Virus record (IMG/VR): IMGVR_UViG_3300021963_000062
Coordinates: 33,016 to 97,015 of that record
Direction: 5' to 3' (one strand)
Length of the DNA stretch: 64,000 nt
Origin: a virus
Shown here: positions 18,244-27,486 of the stretch, piece by piece
Layout: every line of letters starts with the position of its first letter
Position numbering within the stretch: position 1 is the first letter of the stretch
Position numbers and translations under genes: made by a program
Notes under the pieces: generated by a model
The model's database searches: none
Told to the model about the DNA's origin: nothing
Seen by the model: only the letters and a program-made list of their open reading frames with translations

Positions 18244-19662
18244 TTAATTAAAAATTTTTACGTTATAAGTCTTTTCCCATTCTATCATATTACTATGATC
18301 GTTGACAATAGGATATCCTTTAATGTTCAAACTAGTATTTAAAAGGATTGGACAACCGGTTTTATTTTTCCATTGAAATAAAAGATCATAAAACTTTGGG
18401 TTGTCCTTCTTACTTAAAACCTGAACTCTACTAGTACAATCAACATGTTGTATAGAAGTCAACTCTTTTGATTTACATCTTACAGCAAACTGCATATACT
18501 TATTACCACCTTCAAAATATTCCTTGGCATATTCTTCCAAAACAACTGGTGCAAATGGTCTGAACTTTTGTCTTTTTTTTATCTCATTGACTTTATCTTT
18601 TATAAAAGGATCTCTAGGATCTGCAATTAAACTTCTATTACCTAAAGCTCTAGGGCCAAATTCCGATTTGCCCCTTGCAATACCACAAACTTTTTTATCT
18701 AAAAGATAATCAACAATTTCTTCATTTGTAGAGTTATATCCCATATCATATCCAAGATATGGTCCTTTCCAATCAATGTGTTTTTTCTTATGTGCAAGAA
18801 CCGATCCAATAGAAGAACCACTATCTCCAGGAGAAGGCATAATCCATATATTATCATAATAATTGTATGCAATTGGATTTGCAGAACAATTCAATGCACA
18901 TCCGCCCATCACTACAAGATTATCAGACTTAACCAAAGATTTAGATTTCTCTAATACATTTTTGAATAAAATTTCATAAACTGATTGTGTTCCTGCAGCA
19001 ATATCAAAATAATCCTCTTCCGTTTTAAGATCCGATCTCCAATTTAAACAACCTTTATGAAGATTATTTTTAAACCTAAGATCTTCCCCAATAAAATCAT
19101 CAAAAATATCACAAGTCAATCTACTAGGATCTCCATAAGCAGACATACCCATCAGAATATATTCTTCTTCGTTTGGTTTCAGTCCGCACCTTTGTGTCAT
19201 TGCAGAGTACCAAAGTCCGATACTATGTGGATAATTACGTTGAAATTTTAGTTTTAACTTGTTTCCCTGAGCTTCCCAGATTGTGAGTGTTTGAAATTCA
19301 CCTATAGCGTCAATAACCACCACGCAACATTCATCAAACTCGCTGGTGAAATAACCAGCACAAGCATGAGTATAGTGATGATCATAATACTTGATTGGAA
19401 CATCAACATACTTTTTGACGTTCTGGATCCAACCCTGGCCCGCAAGAAGTTGTCTAAGTGTTTTCTTATATGGGTTCTCATACCAACATACTAGCTCTGG
19501 TTTCCCAAACTTTAGTGCATAGTTGATTATGCCATCATTCAACTGAGAATCATTTTTGACGCCACTAAATCTCTCACTTTCACTTGCAAAAACAAGAGTG
19601 TCCTTAACAAAAACCGAAAGTGCAGCATTGTGACTTTCCGATGATATTCCCCAGGTTATCAT
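18244..19662 (-). CDS. O-carbamoyltransferase (NodU/CmcH family)
   Basis: HHYTHA, DAIGE, GGCALN, PGDSGS, EFGPRALGNRS, FRPFAP, LLNTSLN. Confidence 0.93.
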   Translation of the reverse strand: MITWGISSESHNAALSVFVKDTLVFASESERFSGVKNDSQLNDGIINYALKFGKPELVCWYENPYKKTLRQLLAGQGWIQNVKKYVDVPIKYYDHHYTHACAGYFTSEFDECCVVVIDAIGEFQTLTIWEAQGNKLKLKFQRNYPHSIGLWYSAMTQRCGLKPNEEEYILMGMSAYGDPSRLTCDIFDDFIGEDLRFKNNLHKGCLNWRSDLKTEEDYFDIAAGTQSVYEILFKNVLEKSKSLVKSDNLVVMGGCALNCSANPIAYNYYDNIWIMPSPGDSGSSIGSVLAHKKKHIDWKGPYLGYDMGYNSTNEEIVDYLLDKKVCGIARGKSEFGPRALGNRSLIADPRDPFIKDKVNEIKKRQKFRPFAPVVLEEYAKEYFEGGNKYMQFAVRCKSKELTSIQHVDCTSRVQVLSKKDNPKFYDLLFQWKNKTGCPILLNTSLNIKGYPIVNDHSNMIEWEKTYNVKIFN

Positions 19663-20828
19663 AAGTCACCAATAATATCTTCCAAGACTTTGAATCTTTT
19701 ATTTCCTACTAGATGACTATTTCCAATATAAAGTCCATATTCATGAATAATATCTACATTAAATGGTGCATCACCAACGATAGAATAGTTTTTTAAGAAT
19801 GGTTGTTTAAGTAGATTGCCTGCGACAATAGGTCGATATTCAATTCCATATTCTTCAAATTTTGAGATGAGATTTAAATACGTTTCTTTCTTTTTGCAAA
19901 TAAACGGAAGACAAAGGTTACTGCTAGTATTATCTTCCTTAGGAATATAGAATTTATCTGGATATTTTTTAAGTAAAGATAACAGTCTTTGATAGTTATT
20001 TTTTCTAGATTCGATAATAAAATCTATACGTCTGAGTTGGGAACTACCAAGAACTGCACAGATTTCATGATTTCTGAAGTTAAACCCGTCAGTTGGAAAA
20101 AGAAAACTTGGAGAAATGTTGGGATATTCTTCTTGATATTTTTTAAAGTTTTCTGGAGAAGCTTCTCTGGCAATACCATGACTACGTTTCATACGCATCA
20201 ATTCATATAGTTCCTTATCACAAGTAGAAATCATACCACCTTCAATACTAGTCATATGATGACTGAAATAAAAACTGAATGTGGCTCCCAGAGAATTCGC
20301 ACCATGTTTCACACCTTGAGAATTAGATACCCCCTGAGCTTCACAGATATCCTCAAGAATTAGAGCGTCTGGAAAAATTTCCTGATATTTATCCAATTCT
20401 GCTTCCAATCCAAGAAGGTGAGTAACAAAAATTATTTTGATGTCTGGATGAAGCTCTTTTACTTGTTTTAGTTTTTCGACATCAAAACTAAGAGAATTTA
20501 AATTGATATCTGCAAATACGGGTTCAAATCCAGTTTGCAACACTGGAGAAATATTAGTAGACCAAGTACATGCAGGCACTAATACTTTATCTCCGTTTTT
20601 CAATCCATACTTTTCTTTCACTGCAGATAAAAGTAGGATGTTTGCGGAACTACCAGAATTTACATAAAGGGAATATTTGGATCCCAACCATTGATTCCAT
20701 TCGGATTCAAACTTTCTCACTTTTTCTCCATTAGTAAATCTTTTGGTAGTGAGAATAAATTTAATCATTCTTAGTTTATCGCCCCAAGTTATGATATCAT
20801 CCATCAAGGGCCAAATATTTTTAGTCAT
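19659..20828 (-). CDS. DegT/StrS-family PLP enzyme, ColD-like 3-dehydratase
   Basis: VNSGSSAN, EDICE, SFYFSHHMTSIEGG (His at the catalytic Lys position), RPIVAGN. Confidence 0.85.
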   Translation of the reverse strand: MTKNIWPLMDDIITWGDKLRMIKFILTTKRFTNGEKVRKFESEWNQWLGSKYSLYVNSGSSANILLLSAVKEKYGLKNGDKVLVPACTWSTNISPVLQTGFEPVFADINLNSLSFDVEKLKQVKELHPDIKIIFVTHLLGLEAELDKYQEIFPDALILEDICEAQGVSNSQGVKHGANSLGATFSFYFSHHMTSIEGGMISTCDKELYELMRMKRSHGIAREASPENFKKYQEEYPNISPSFLFPTDGFNFRNHEICAVLGSSQLRRIDFIIESRKNNYQRLLSLLKKYPDKFYIPKEDNTSSNLCLPFICKKKETYLNLISKFEEYGIEYRPIVAGNLLKQPFLKNYSIVGDAPFNVDIIHEYGLYIGNSHLVGNKRFKVLEDIIGDL

Positions 20829-20843
20829 ATCAATTCAATAAAG

Positions 20844-20868
20844 AAAAAAAGAGGAGGTTTCCCTCCTC
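20844..20868 (-). terminator. intrinsic terminator
   Basis: GAGGAGG-GAAA-CCTCCTC-TTTTTTT. Confidence 0.85.
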
Positions 20869-20878
20869 AAAATATTTA

Positions 20879-21415
20879 TTAGACTGCCAGAGATGGAATA
20901 TTTTGTTTTACGTATTCAAGAACCTTTTCAGGAGAAGACCATTCATAAGGATCGGACTCTGCGTTATCTGTAATACCATCTTCCATAAAGATCTGTTCGA
21001 TCACACCGTCATTGATTACTGCAGCATAACGCCAAGAGCGAGCCGCGAAACCAAGGTTACGTTTCTGAACAAGCATACCCATGGCAGTAGTGAACTCACC
21101 GTTACCATCAGGAATCAGTTTGACTTTCTCAATATTCTGATCTTTAGCCCATGCGTTCATCACAAAGGCATCGTTGACAGACAGACAATAGATTTCATCA
21201 ATACCCTGTTCTGCAAACATATCATAGAATGCTTCGTAACCAGGAAGTTGATAAGCACTACAAGTAGGGGTAAATGCACCAGGAAGGGCAAACAGAACTA
21301 CTTTCTTTCCGTTGAAGAGTTCCTCAGTAGAACGAGTCACAAACTCTCCGTCTTCACGGAACATAAAGTCCACTGAAGGGACTACAGATTTTTCTTCAGG
21401 AGCTAGTTGAGGCAT
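20879..21415 (-). CDS. peroxiredoxin (Prx5/type II)
   Basis: LPGAFTPTCS, SVNDAFVM.AW, PDGNG.F, RSWRY. Confidence 0.93.
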   Translation of the reverse strand: MPQLAPEEKSVVPSVDFMFREDGEFVTRSTEELFNGKKVVLFALPGAFTPTCSAYQLPGYEAFYDMFAEQGIDEIYCLSVNDAFVMNAWAKDQNIEKVKLIPDGNGEFTTAMGMLVQKRNLGFAARSWRYAAVINDGVIEQIFMEDGITDNAESDPYEWSSPEKVLEYVKQNIPSLAV

Positions 21416-21668
21416 GTTTTTGTTTTAATTCAGGATTAGGTTGAGAAGGAACAACAGGGTTCCTAGATTTATTTTTAATAACGATGAATGCATCGTTTTG
21501 ATATGTAACTGTACCAAAAGGTTTAGACCACTTTGGATTACTGTTTGGGTTGGTGGCAGTACCAGTTACACATACTCCACCGATTTCTACAGCGATTTCA
21601 TCGCCATATTCCCATCCGAGATTTTGAAGGGCAATAGCAAGTTGTCCTAACCATGCACCTTCACTCAT
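21396..21668 (-). CDS. conserved cyanophage hypothetical protein
   Basis: Likely start MSEGAW coupled to the petF stop. Confidence 0.55.
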   Translation of the reverse strand: MSEGAWLGQLAIALQNLGWEYGDEIAVEIGGVCVTGTATNPNSNPKWSKPFGTVTYQNDAFIVIKNKSRNPVVPSQPNPELKQKHASTSS

Positions 21669-21961
21669 CACAGATTTTCCTCTTGCTCGGTAAGAATGAC
21701 ACAATCACTAGTGGGGTATGCCACACAGGTGAGGACGAACCCATTAGAGATTTGATCGTCATCCAGAAATGTTTGATCTTCATTGTCTACTGTCCCACTG
21801 ATAAGTTTTCCAGCGCAAGCAGAACAAGCACCAGCACGGCAACTGGAAGGTAGATCAACGCCAGCTTCTTCAGCAGCGTCCAAAATATACTGGTCTTTAG
21901 GGCATTGGATAGTCGTTTCGGATCCATCGGGGGAACGAAGAGTTACATTAAAAGAGGTCAT
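21668..21961 (-). CDS. petF: plant-type 2Fe-2S ferredoxin
   Basis: [13 protein letters not shown]...VLTCVAYP. Confidence 0.96.
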   Translation of the reverse strand: MTSFNVTLRSPDGSETTIQCPKDQYILDAAEEAGVDLPSSCRAGACSACAGKLISGTVDNEDQTFLDDDQISNGFVLTCVAYPTSDCVILTEQEENL

Positions 21962-21984
21962 TGTGATTTAATAACAACAATAAG

Positions 21985-22013
21985 AGTTTATCAAGAAAGT
22001 CTTAAGAAGTCAA
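21985..22013 (-). promoter_or_regulatory. sigma70 promoter for petF
   Basis: TTGACT-17bp-TAAACT. Confidence 0.55.
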
Positions 22014-22017
22014 TAGA

Positions 22018-22143
22018 CTAGATGGGGTTGTATGCGGGAATCATCATACCCCCACCTTGATCATCGTCATCGTCTGCATCGTTACTACCAATGGCACTTA
22101 TGAAAAACCAAGTCCCTATTAGTATTACTGCAAACAATAACAT
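22018..22143 (-). CDS. small membrane protein (41 aa)
   Basis: Read by hand: TM helix followed by DDDDDQGGGMMIPAY. Confidence 0.6.
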   Translation of the reverse strand: MLLFAVILIGTWFFISAIGSNDADDDDDQGGGMMIPAYNPI

Positions 22144-22262
22144 CAGAGTACACCAGGAATGATTTGTCCGGTGATCAGATAAGAACCAACTCCAGCAACG
22201 AAACCGAGCATTGCAAGACGAGCGTTGAGGATCTCAGCCTCAGGGGTGAAACCGAATTTCAT
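22143..22262 (-). CDS. hli: high-light-inducible protein
   Basis: Read by hand: MKFGFTPEAEILNARLAMLGF... (ExxNxRxAM). Confidence 0.9.
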   Translation of the reverse strand: MKFGFTPEAEILNARLAMLGFVAGVGSYLITGQIIPGVL

Positions 22263-22273
22263 AATTGTTCTCC

Positions 22274-22360
22274 TTAGTAAGTTTCAGAAAGTTTTTCTAC
22301 GGAAATTGCCAACAAAACAAAGAAGGCAATACTAGTAATTGTAAACAGTACTTCAGTCAT
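22274..22360 (-). CDS. 28-aa single-TM peptide
   Basis: Read by hand: MTEVLFTITSIAFFVLLAISVEKLSETY. Confidence 0.5.
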   Translation of the reverse strand: MTEVLFTITSIAFFVLLAISVEKLSETY

Positions 22361-22368
22361 CGTCTGTC

Positions 22369-22572
22369 TCAGAAGATACCGAAGAAAAGTTTACCAGTGA
22401 ATGCATAGGAAATCGCACCAGCGATGATGCCCATCATGGCCCAACGACCATTGTACATTTCAGTGGTCTGCATAGGAGTCAAGAGACCTTTGCGGTTATA
22501 CTCTTGGTAAACCATTTGGGGTTCTTTGGCCCACATGTTTTGTTGACCACGATCATTCGTTGTTACAGTCAT
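22369..22572 (-). CDS. hli: high-light-inducible protein
   Basis: GQQNMWAKEP and EMYNGRWAMMG; start MTVTT. Confidence 0.9.
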   Translation of the reverse strand: MTVTTNDRGQQNMWAKEPQMVYQEYNRKGLLTPMQTTEMYNGRWAMMGIIAGAISYAFTGKLFFGIF

Positions 22573-22599
22573 TTTCGTTTTATTACGAATTGTTACACA

Positions 22600-22628
22600 A
22601 TTATATAGGAAATCTAAAGAGTCGTCAA
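22600..22628 (-). promoter_or_regulatory. sigma70 promoter of the hli cluster
   Basis: TTGACG-17bp-TATAAT. Confidence 0.75.
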
Positions 22629-22650
22629 GCCCCTTATGTTTGCGATTCAT

Positions 22651-22678
22651 AAAAAAACCACCCCAGAAAGGGGTGGTT
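22651..22678 (-). terminator. intrinsic terminator
   Basis: AACCACCCC-TTTCT-GGGGTGGTT-TTTTT. Confidence 0.85.
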
Positions 22679-22701
22679 CCACTCAACTTATGAGTATCTT
22701 A

Positions 22702-23079
22702 TCAGAAAGAGTAACGAACTTTCAGTTCACCACCGAGGGCAAACACTTCGCTATCAAAACCATACTCACCAGCAACTTTAGCCTTACCAGTCAGACTTCC
22801 GGCGATAGGGAAGTTAACACCAACTTCACCAACAGCAACACCCTCATTGGTGCCACCATTGTTCCACTCATAACCAGGGCCGATTTCACCGAACACGGTC
22901 ACACCATTGGAAGCCTTTTGTTCATAACCAACGCGAAGTTCGGTTTGAGCACCAGTGAAATCACCACCATCGGTGATAGTACCAGCAGCAGTGGTCTTAG
23001 ACTCAACATAAGGGCCAGCGAAAGCAGCAGTGGCAAGGAAAGGGGCAACAGCAGCAGTTGCGATAACAGATTTAATCAT
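22702..23079 (-). CDS. small outer-membrane beta-barrel-like protein
   Basis: Signal peptide ending AFA, amphipathic strands, C-terminal YSF. Confidence 0.7.
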   Translation of the reverse strand: MIKSVIATAAVAPFLATAAFAGPYVESKTTAAGTITDGGDFTGAQTELRVGYEQKASNGVTVFGEIGPGYEWNNGGTNEGVAVGEVGVNFPIAGSLTGKAKVAGEYGFDSEVFALGGELKVRYSF

Positions 23080-23157
23080 TTAATTAATACCTCGTAAATT
23101 TACTTGCGGAATGGTTACCCGCAGATGAAAGAAGACTTGACTTGTCTTCGTTCCCTA

Positions 23158-23187
23158 ATTTTAACATTCTCTTTGGGATCATGTCAA
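23158..23187 (-). promoter_or_regulatory. sigma70 promoter with extended -10
   Basis: TTGACA-18bp-TAAAAT with TGn. Confidence 0.6.
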
Positions 23188-23193
23188 GGTAGT

Positions 23194-23215
23194 AAAAACC
23201 CACCTTTCGGTGGGT
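23194..23215 (-). terminator. intrinsic terminator after the glycan operon
   Basis: ACCCACC-GAAA-GGTGGGT-TTTT. Confidence 0.8.
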
Positions 23216-23223
23216 GGTTTGAA

Positions 23224-24015
23224 CTATGAAGTTTGTTGTTGAGCTTCTGATGTCCTTCCAAGATATGGATCATAATCCATAAGTTTTTCAATTTCTAGAT
23301 CAGAACCACGAGTCTCCCAGAGATTTCTCAATCCATCATGAGATCCTCTGTGGAAAATCTCAATGTGTTCTGGATGAATGGAAGAACCCAATTCAATCTT
23401 ATACAAGAAAAGAGGAATTGCAAAAGTATTTCCAGAATTATAAATCAAATCATCTGCAACTGCACGAGGTTTAATTTGATAATCAAGTTTATACTTATCT
23501 CCACGACAATGGAATCTTACAATCTTTTCTGCATGGTGACGAGTAATTACATAACAAGCAGTAGAAAAATCATTGACAAATCTACGATGTAAGTTTACAT
23601 GAAGAGTTCCTGGACAAATAATAGCAAGTTGAACTACATCATAATCATATGGAAGTCTTGCAACAAATTGGCTCCAAGTAAAATTCCAATACTTTGCAAT
23701 ACTAATATCTACATCGTCTTCCATGACAACACAATACGGTGCATCAGAAGTTTCCAAGAAATGTTTGAGTAGTTTAAGGTGAGAAGTAACACAACCAATC
23801 TCACCAGAACTCATTCCTTGTGGATATCTGCCATGGATAATATCACTCAGATCATCATCTCTACCATCATACGCAGAGATTCTTTCATAATTTTCAATCT
23901 CCCAGTGTGCAAACATGTCTTCCATATACTGTTTGCGTTCTGGTTGATCATCTAAGTTGATATAGTAGATAGGACCAATACCTTTTAGTTTGTATGCGGA
24001 CTTATTTTTATCCAT
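23224..24015 (-). CDS. glycosyltransferase family 25
   Basis: YINLD...ER, GEIGCVTSH, EDD, STACY. Confidence 0.85.
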   Translation of the reverse strand: MDKNKSAYKLKGIGPIYYINLDDQPERKQYMEDMFAHWEIENYERISAYDGRDDDLSDIIHGRYPQGMSSGEIGCVTSHLKLLKHFLETSDAPYCVVMEDDVDISIAKYWNFTWSQFVARLPYDYDVVQLAIICPGTLHVNLHRRFVNDFSTACYVITRHHAEKIVRFHCRGDKYKLDYQIKPRAVADDLIYNSGNTFAIPLFLYKIELGSSIHPEHIEIFHRGSHDGLRNLWETRGSDLEIEKLMDYDPYLGRTSEAQQQTS

Positions 24016-24029
24016 TACAGCAACTTCCA

Positions 24030-24884
24030 TCAGAGAACTTCCCAACCCTCACAATAAAGGTCACTAGTATCTTTATCTGCATAAGAAGGACCAAACCACA
24101 TTTTAGGTGCTACAATTTTACCAGCACCATTCTGCAACCAGGCACCCCACCAAGATAGTGAAGAGTTTGCGATAATACCACCTTTACAATTAGCCATGAT
24201 GCAGAGATCGACATAAGGAGTATAGGATCCATCGGGGTACTTTTCTTCTGGAGTAGAAACGTAGAAACGATCTGGTTTGAAAAGTTCTTGTTCCAGAACC
24301 CACTCGGGAGAATCTGAGACAACTACTACTTCTTGATCTTCGGGGAAAAGTGCAAGGGCTTTCTCATAATACTCTAGTGGTTGAGGAGGATGTTGATCAG
24401 AGCATTTGGTATAAGACCACTCAAATCCACGAGCATCCACAAGGTTAGGATCTCCACGACGAACATGGAGAAAGATAGGATCCTTAAGTTCACTAAGAAA
24501 TCCTTTTACTGGAACACTTAAATCATCATGAAATGTAAAATCTTTACGAATCTCATCTTTAATATGTGCAAAATATTTTTCCGTCTGGAAGAATCCATGA
24601 ATGGAAACATCATTTGGACAAAGATCTAGAAGTTCTTTATCAAAGTGATATTGTTTTTCAGCAACAATAGGAGCGAAACCACGATCAAGCAAATACAAAT
24701 TTGTTGATTTTACAGACTCAAGAGTAAAACAATTTGCTAGACTATAATTATCAATTCGTCTTTCACCAAAAGGTGGGATGCACCAATCATAACCTTTAGC
24801 GGCTGCAATACCTCTAAGAGCCGCATACTGAAACATTTGGTTGCCTAAGCGACCATTATTTCCAAGTTCGTTAAACGCTAACAT
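24030..24884 (-). CDS. alpha-1,2-fucosyltransferase (GT11)
   Basis: GRLGNQMFQYA, HVRRGD, IIANSSLSWWGAWL. Confidence 0.9.
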   Translation of the reverse strand: MLAFNELGNNGRLGNQMFQYAALRGIAAAKGYDWCIPPFGERRIDNYSLANCFTLESVKSTNLYLLDRGFAPIVAEKQYHFDKELLDLCPNDVSIHGFFQTEKYFAHIKDEIRKDFTFHDDLSVPVKGFLSELKDPIFLHVRRGDPNLVDARGFEWSYTKCSDQHPPQPLEYYEKALALFPEDQEVVVVSDSPEWVLEQELFKPDRFYVSTPEEKYPDGSYTPYVDLCIMANCKGGIIANSSLSWWGAWLQNGAGKIVAPKMWFGPSYADKDTSDLYCEGWEVL

Positions 24885-25692
24885 AAAGTTCTTTTCCTCT
24901 TTTTTTAATGTATTCTTGTTGACTATAATAAGATTTCAATTTACTTGGATCCCAAGTTCTAATATTTTGCCATAAATTATGATTATCCATAAATTTAGGA
25001 TTGTGGTAATGAGAATTGAAAGTTCTACCATGTTCAAAATGATATACATCATTATTAACTCTACCAACTTTGCATCCAAATGAATTTAGTCTGTAGTAAA
25101 ATTCACAGTCTTCTGCACCCCAAGAAATAAAATTTTCATTCCAAAGACCGACTTGGATTTCAACTTCTCTTTTTATCATTTGACCCCAACCAATAGAAGA
25201 GGCAACTCTAAATTTTGAATCAGTTAAAATACCAAAATCAAAATTAGAATCAAGAAATTGATTAAAAGTTGACTCAGAATAATTTACAGCCCATTGATAG
25301 ACTCCACACCCAAAAGGATACACTGCATCTGCGTTTCCAGATAATATTGCATCATAGGCAATATTATAACTTTTTTTGGGTAAAACTATATCTACATCAT
25401 GATTATAAACTATTTTTGTTTCTGAAGCAACCAACAAATCATTTAATATACGAGTTTTATGAAAAAACTTGTCATCGTTTTGTTCAAAAATATGAGTTAA
25501 TTGATCAGTGTCAACATATTTTTTAATTACTGGAAGAGCCCTAAACCTAAAGTGAGAATGGGTATCAACCTCCTTTAATATTACTTTCGATTCTGGGAAA
25601 TTTTTGAGGAGATATGTAACTGAAGTAATTACATTTTTAAGTCTATCTTCAGACTCAATACGACAAGGCAATAAGAATGTTAAATCTTTCAT
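24871..25692 (-). CDS. GT2/GT7C-type glycosyltransferase
   Basis: DVD motif, NENFISWGAED, YHFEH. Confidence 0.75.
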   Translation of the reverse strand: MKDLTFLLPCRIESEDRLKNVITSVTYLLKNFPESKVILKEVDTHSHFRFRALPVIKKYVDTDQLTHIFEQNDDKFFHKTRILNDLLVASETKIVYNHDVDIVLPKKSYNIAYDAILSGNADAVYPFGCGVYQWAVNYSESTFNQFLDSNFDFGILTDSKFRVASSIGWGQMIKREVEIQVGLWNENFISWGAEDCEFYYRLNSFGCKVGRVNNDVYHFEHGRTFNSHYHNPKFMDNHNLWQNIRTWDPSKLKSYYSQQEYIKKRGKELYVSV

Positions 25693-26585
25693 GATTCTAC
25701 TGGAATTGGAGATGGATCGTTGTGAATTTTGATCCACCTTTCAGGGATCATATCTTTCATATTGTAATGAGCATAAGCAGGCCCGAACCAGGGATCAGGA
25801 ACAACAACTTTACCAGCATCACCCTGCAACCAGGCGCCCCACCAACTCAGAGAGGAGTTAGCAATAATCGCACCACCACACAGACTCATGAGACAAAGGT
25901 CAATGTAGGGGACGGCAGCACCATCTCCGAAGGTCTCATAAGATGAGTCCGAGAAGTGGAACCTATCACCTTGTAGCCATTCTTGGCGTTTGCACCAATC
26001 AATAAGATCAGAAACAACAATCACATTCTTATCTTCTGGGAACTGTTTCAGAGCTTCAAGATAATAATCAACTTTACATAGTGGGTGGTATTCTTGCACC
26101 ATCTGATAAGCCCACTTTTCGCCTCTCCGACCAGTAAGATTTGGAGAGCCGCGACGAACATGCAGGAAGATGCAATTATCCCTTCCGCCAAGAGAATCAA
26201 CAAACTCTTGACACGGTTCCGAATACGACTTCTTAAAACGGAAATCCTCACGGATAGAGGAGGCAATGGCCTCAAAGTACCTTTCCGTTTGAAAGTTACC
26301 CGAAAAATTCGTATTGTCCTCGCAATTGTTGAAGATATCTTCATTGAAATGCATATCCCTATATTCTACAGTTTTGTAGAAGGGTTCTCCAGTGTTCTTA
26401 TTTAGATCACAGTTTGTAAGTTCAAATGCATCAAACAAACCATAATTATCTAAACGATCTGCGTCTGGGCCTGGAATAACCCAGTCAAACCCACGATTCG
26501 CAGCAAGACCACGAATAAATGCGTATTGAAACATTTGGTTTCCAAGGCGCCCCTCATTACCAAGTCCTTTAAATGATACAGCCAT
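25689..26585 (-). CDS. alpha-1,2-fucosyltransferase (GT11)
   Basis: GRLGNQMFQYA, HVRRG, IIANSSLSWWGAWL. Confidence 0.9.
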   Translation of the reverse strand: MAVSFKGLGNEGRLGNQMFQYAFIRGLAANRGFDWVIPGPDADRLDNYGLFDAFELTNCDLNKNTGEPFYKTVEYRDMHFNEDIFNNCEDNTNFSGNFQTERYFEAIASSIREDFRFKKSYSEPCQEFVDSLGGRDNCIFLHVRRGSPNLTGRRGEKWAYQMVQEYHPLCKVDYYLEALKQFPEDKNVIVVSDLIDWCKRQEWLQGDRFHFSDSSYETFGDGAAVPYIDLCLMSLCGGAIIANSSLSWWGAWLQGDAGKVVVPDPWFGPAYAHYNMKDMIPERWIKIHNDPSPIPVES

Positions 26586-27445
26586 TACTTACTCCACTCT
26601 TGAATAGTCCAACGATCAGGCACAATGTCTGAGGTATCTAGGTGAGTCATTGCAGTACCAAACCACTTCTTAGGATCTGGTGCAACTACCTTACCACGAT
26701 CATTTTGCAACCATGCTCCCCACCAAGAGAAAGATGAGTTTGCAATGATAGCACCAGAACAAAGACTCATTAGGCACAGATCAACCTGTGGCAAAAGAGT
26801 GTTCTGCATTTGTCCAGTACCATCAATAGTACGATATGTATATCTACCATTACTTTCATTAAACAGGAAGCGATCCTGTTTGAAGAATTCTTGAGACTTA
26901 CACCAATCAATATCATCAGTGAAGACAAAACAAGGAGTGTCTTCTGGAAATTCCTTTAACGCATCTTCAAAATACGATATCGGGAGGATGGGATGGTATT
27001 CTTCTCTACCAATGTTGTCAGACTGACGAATGTGGAGAAAAATAGGACTCCGATCCAGGCTGTCAACATACTCAGAACAAGGTAATAGGTAATCTTTTTT
27101 AAACTTGAAGTCCTCACGGATCTCCTGTGCAATGTGACTGAAGTACTTTTCCGTCTGATAATAACCATCTAAGCTCACATTGTCTGGACATTCTTCAAAG
27201 AACTCCGGAATAAAGCAATGGTCATTCTCTTGTATATATTGACCATTGACAAATCCAATGTTAGACTCCTTAACATTTGTCATCTCAAATGTTTCAAAGA
27301 GGCCATAATTGTCTTTATGATCATATGTATCTGGAGGAATAACCCAGTCATATCCTCGTTTTGCAGAAATACCTCTCAATGAGGCATACTGAAACATCTG
27401 GTTACCCAAACGTCCATTACTTCCTAGCCTATTATAACCAATCAT
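26585..27445 (-). CDS. alpha-1,2-fucosyltransferase (GT11)
   Basis: GRLGNQMFQYA, HIRQSD, IIANSSFSWWGAWL. Confidence 0.88.
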   Translation of the reverse strand: MIGYNRLGSNGRLGNQMFQYASLRGISAKRGYDWVIPPDTYDHKDNYGLFETFEMTNVKESNIGFVNGQYIQENDHCFIPEFFEECPDNVSLDGYYQTEKYFSHIAQEIREDFKFKKDYLLPCSEYVDSLDRSPIFLHIRQSDNIGREEYHPILPISYFEDALKEFPEDTPCFVFTDDIDWCKSQEFFKQDRFLFNESNGRYTYRTIDGTGQMQNTLLPQVDLCLMSLCSGAIIANSSFSWWGAWLQNDRGKVVAPDPKKWFGTAMTHLDTSDIVPDRWTIQEWSK

Positions 27446-27486
27446 AAGTTACTTTTTAATCATTTTTTTATTTTAACAGACAAAAT

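Noticed and set aside
3609-19662. Saxitoxin or cylindrospermopsin gene cluster
   Set aside because: The amidinotransferase and carbamoyltransferase are about 14 kb apart, and there is no PKS or SxtA-like gene
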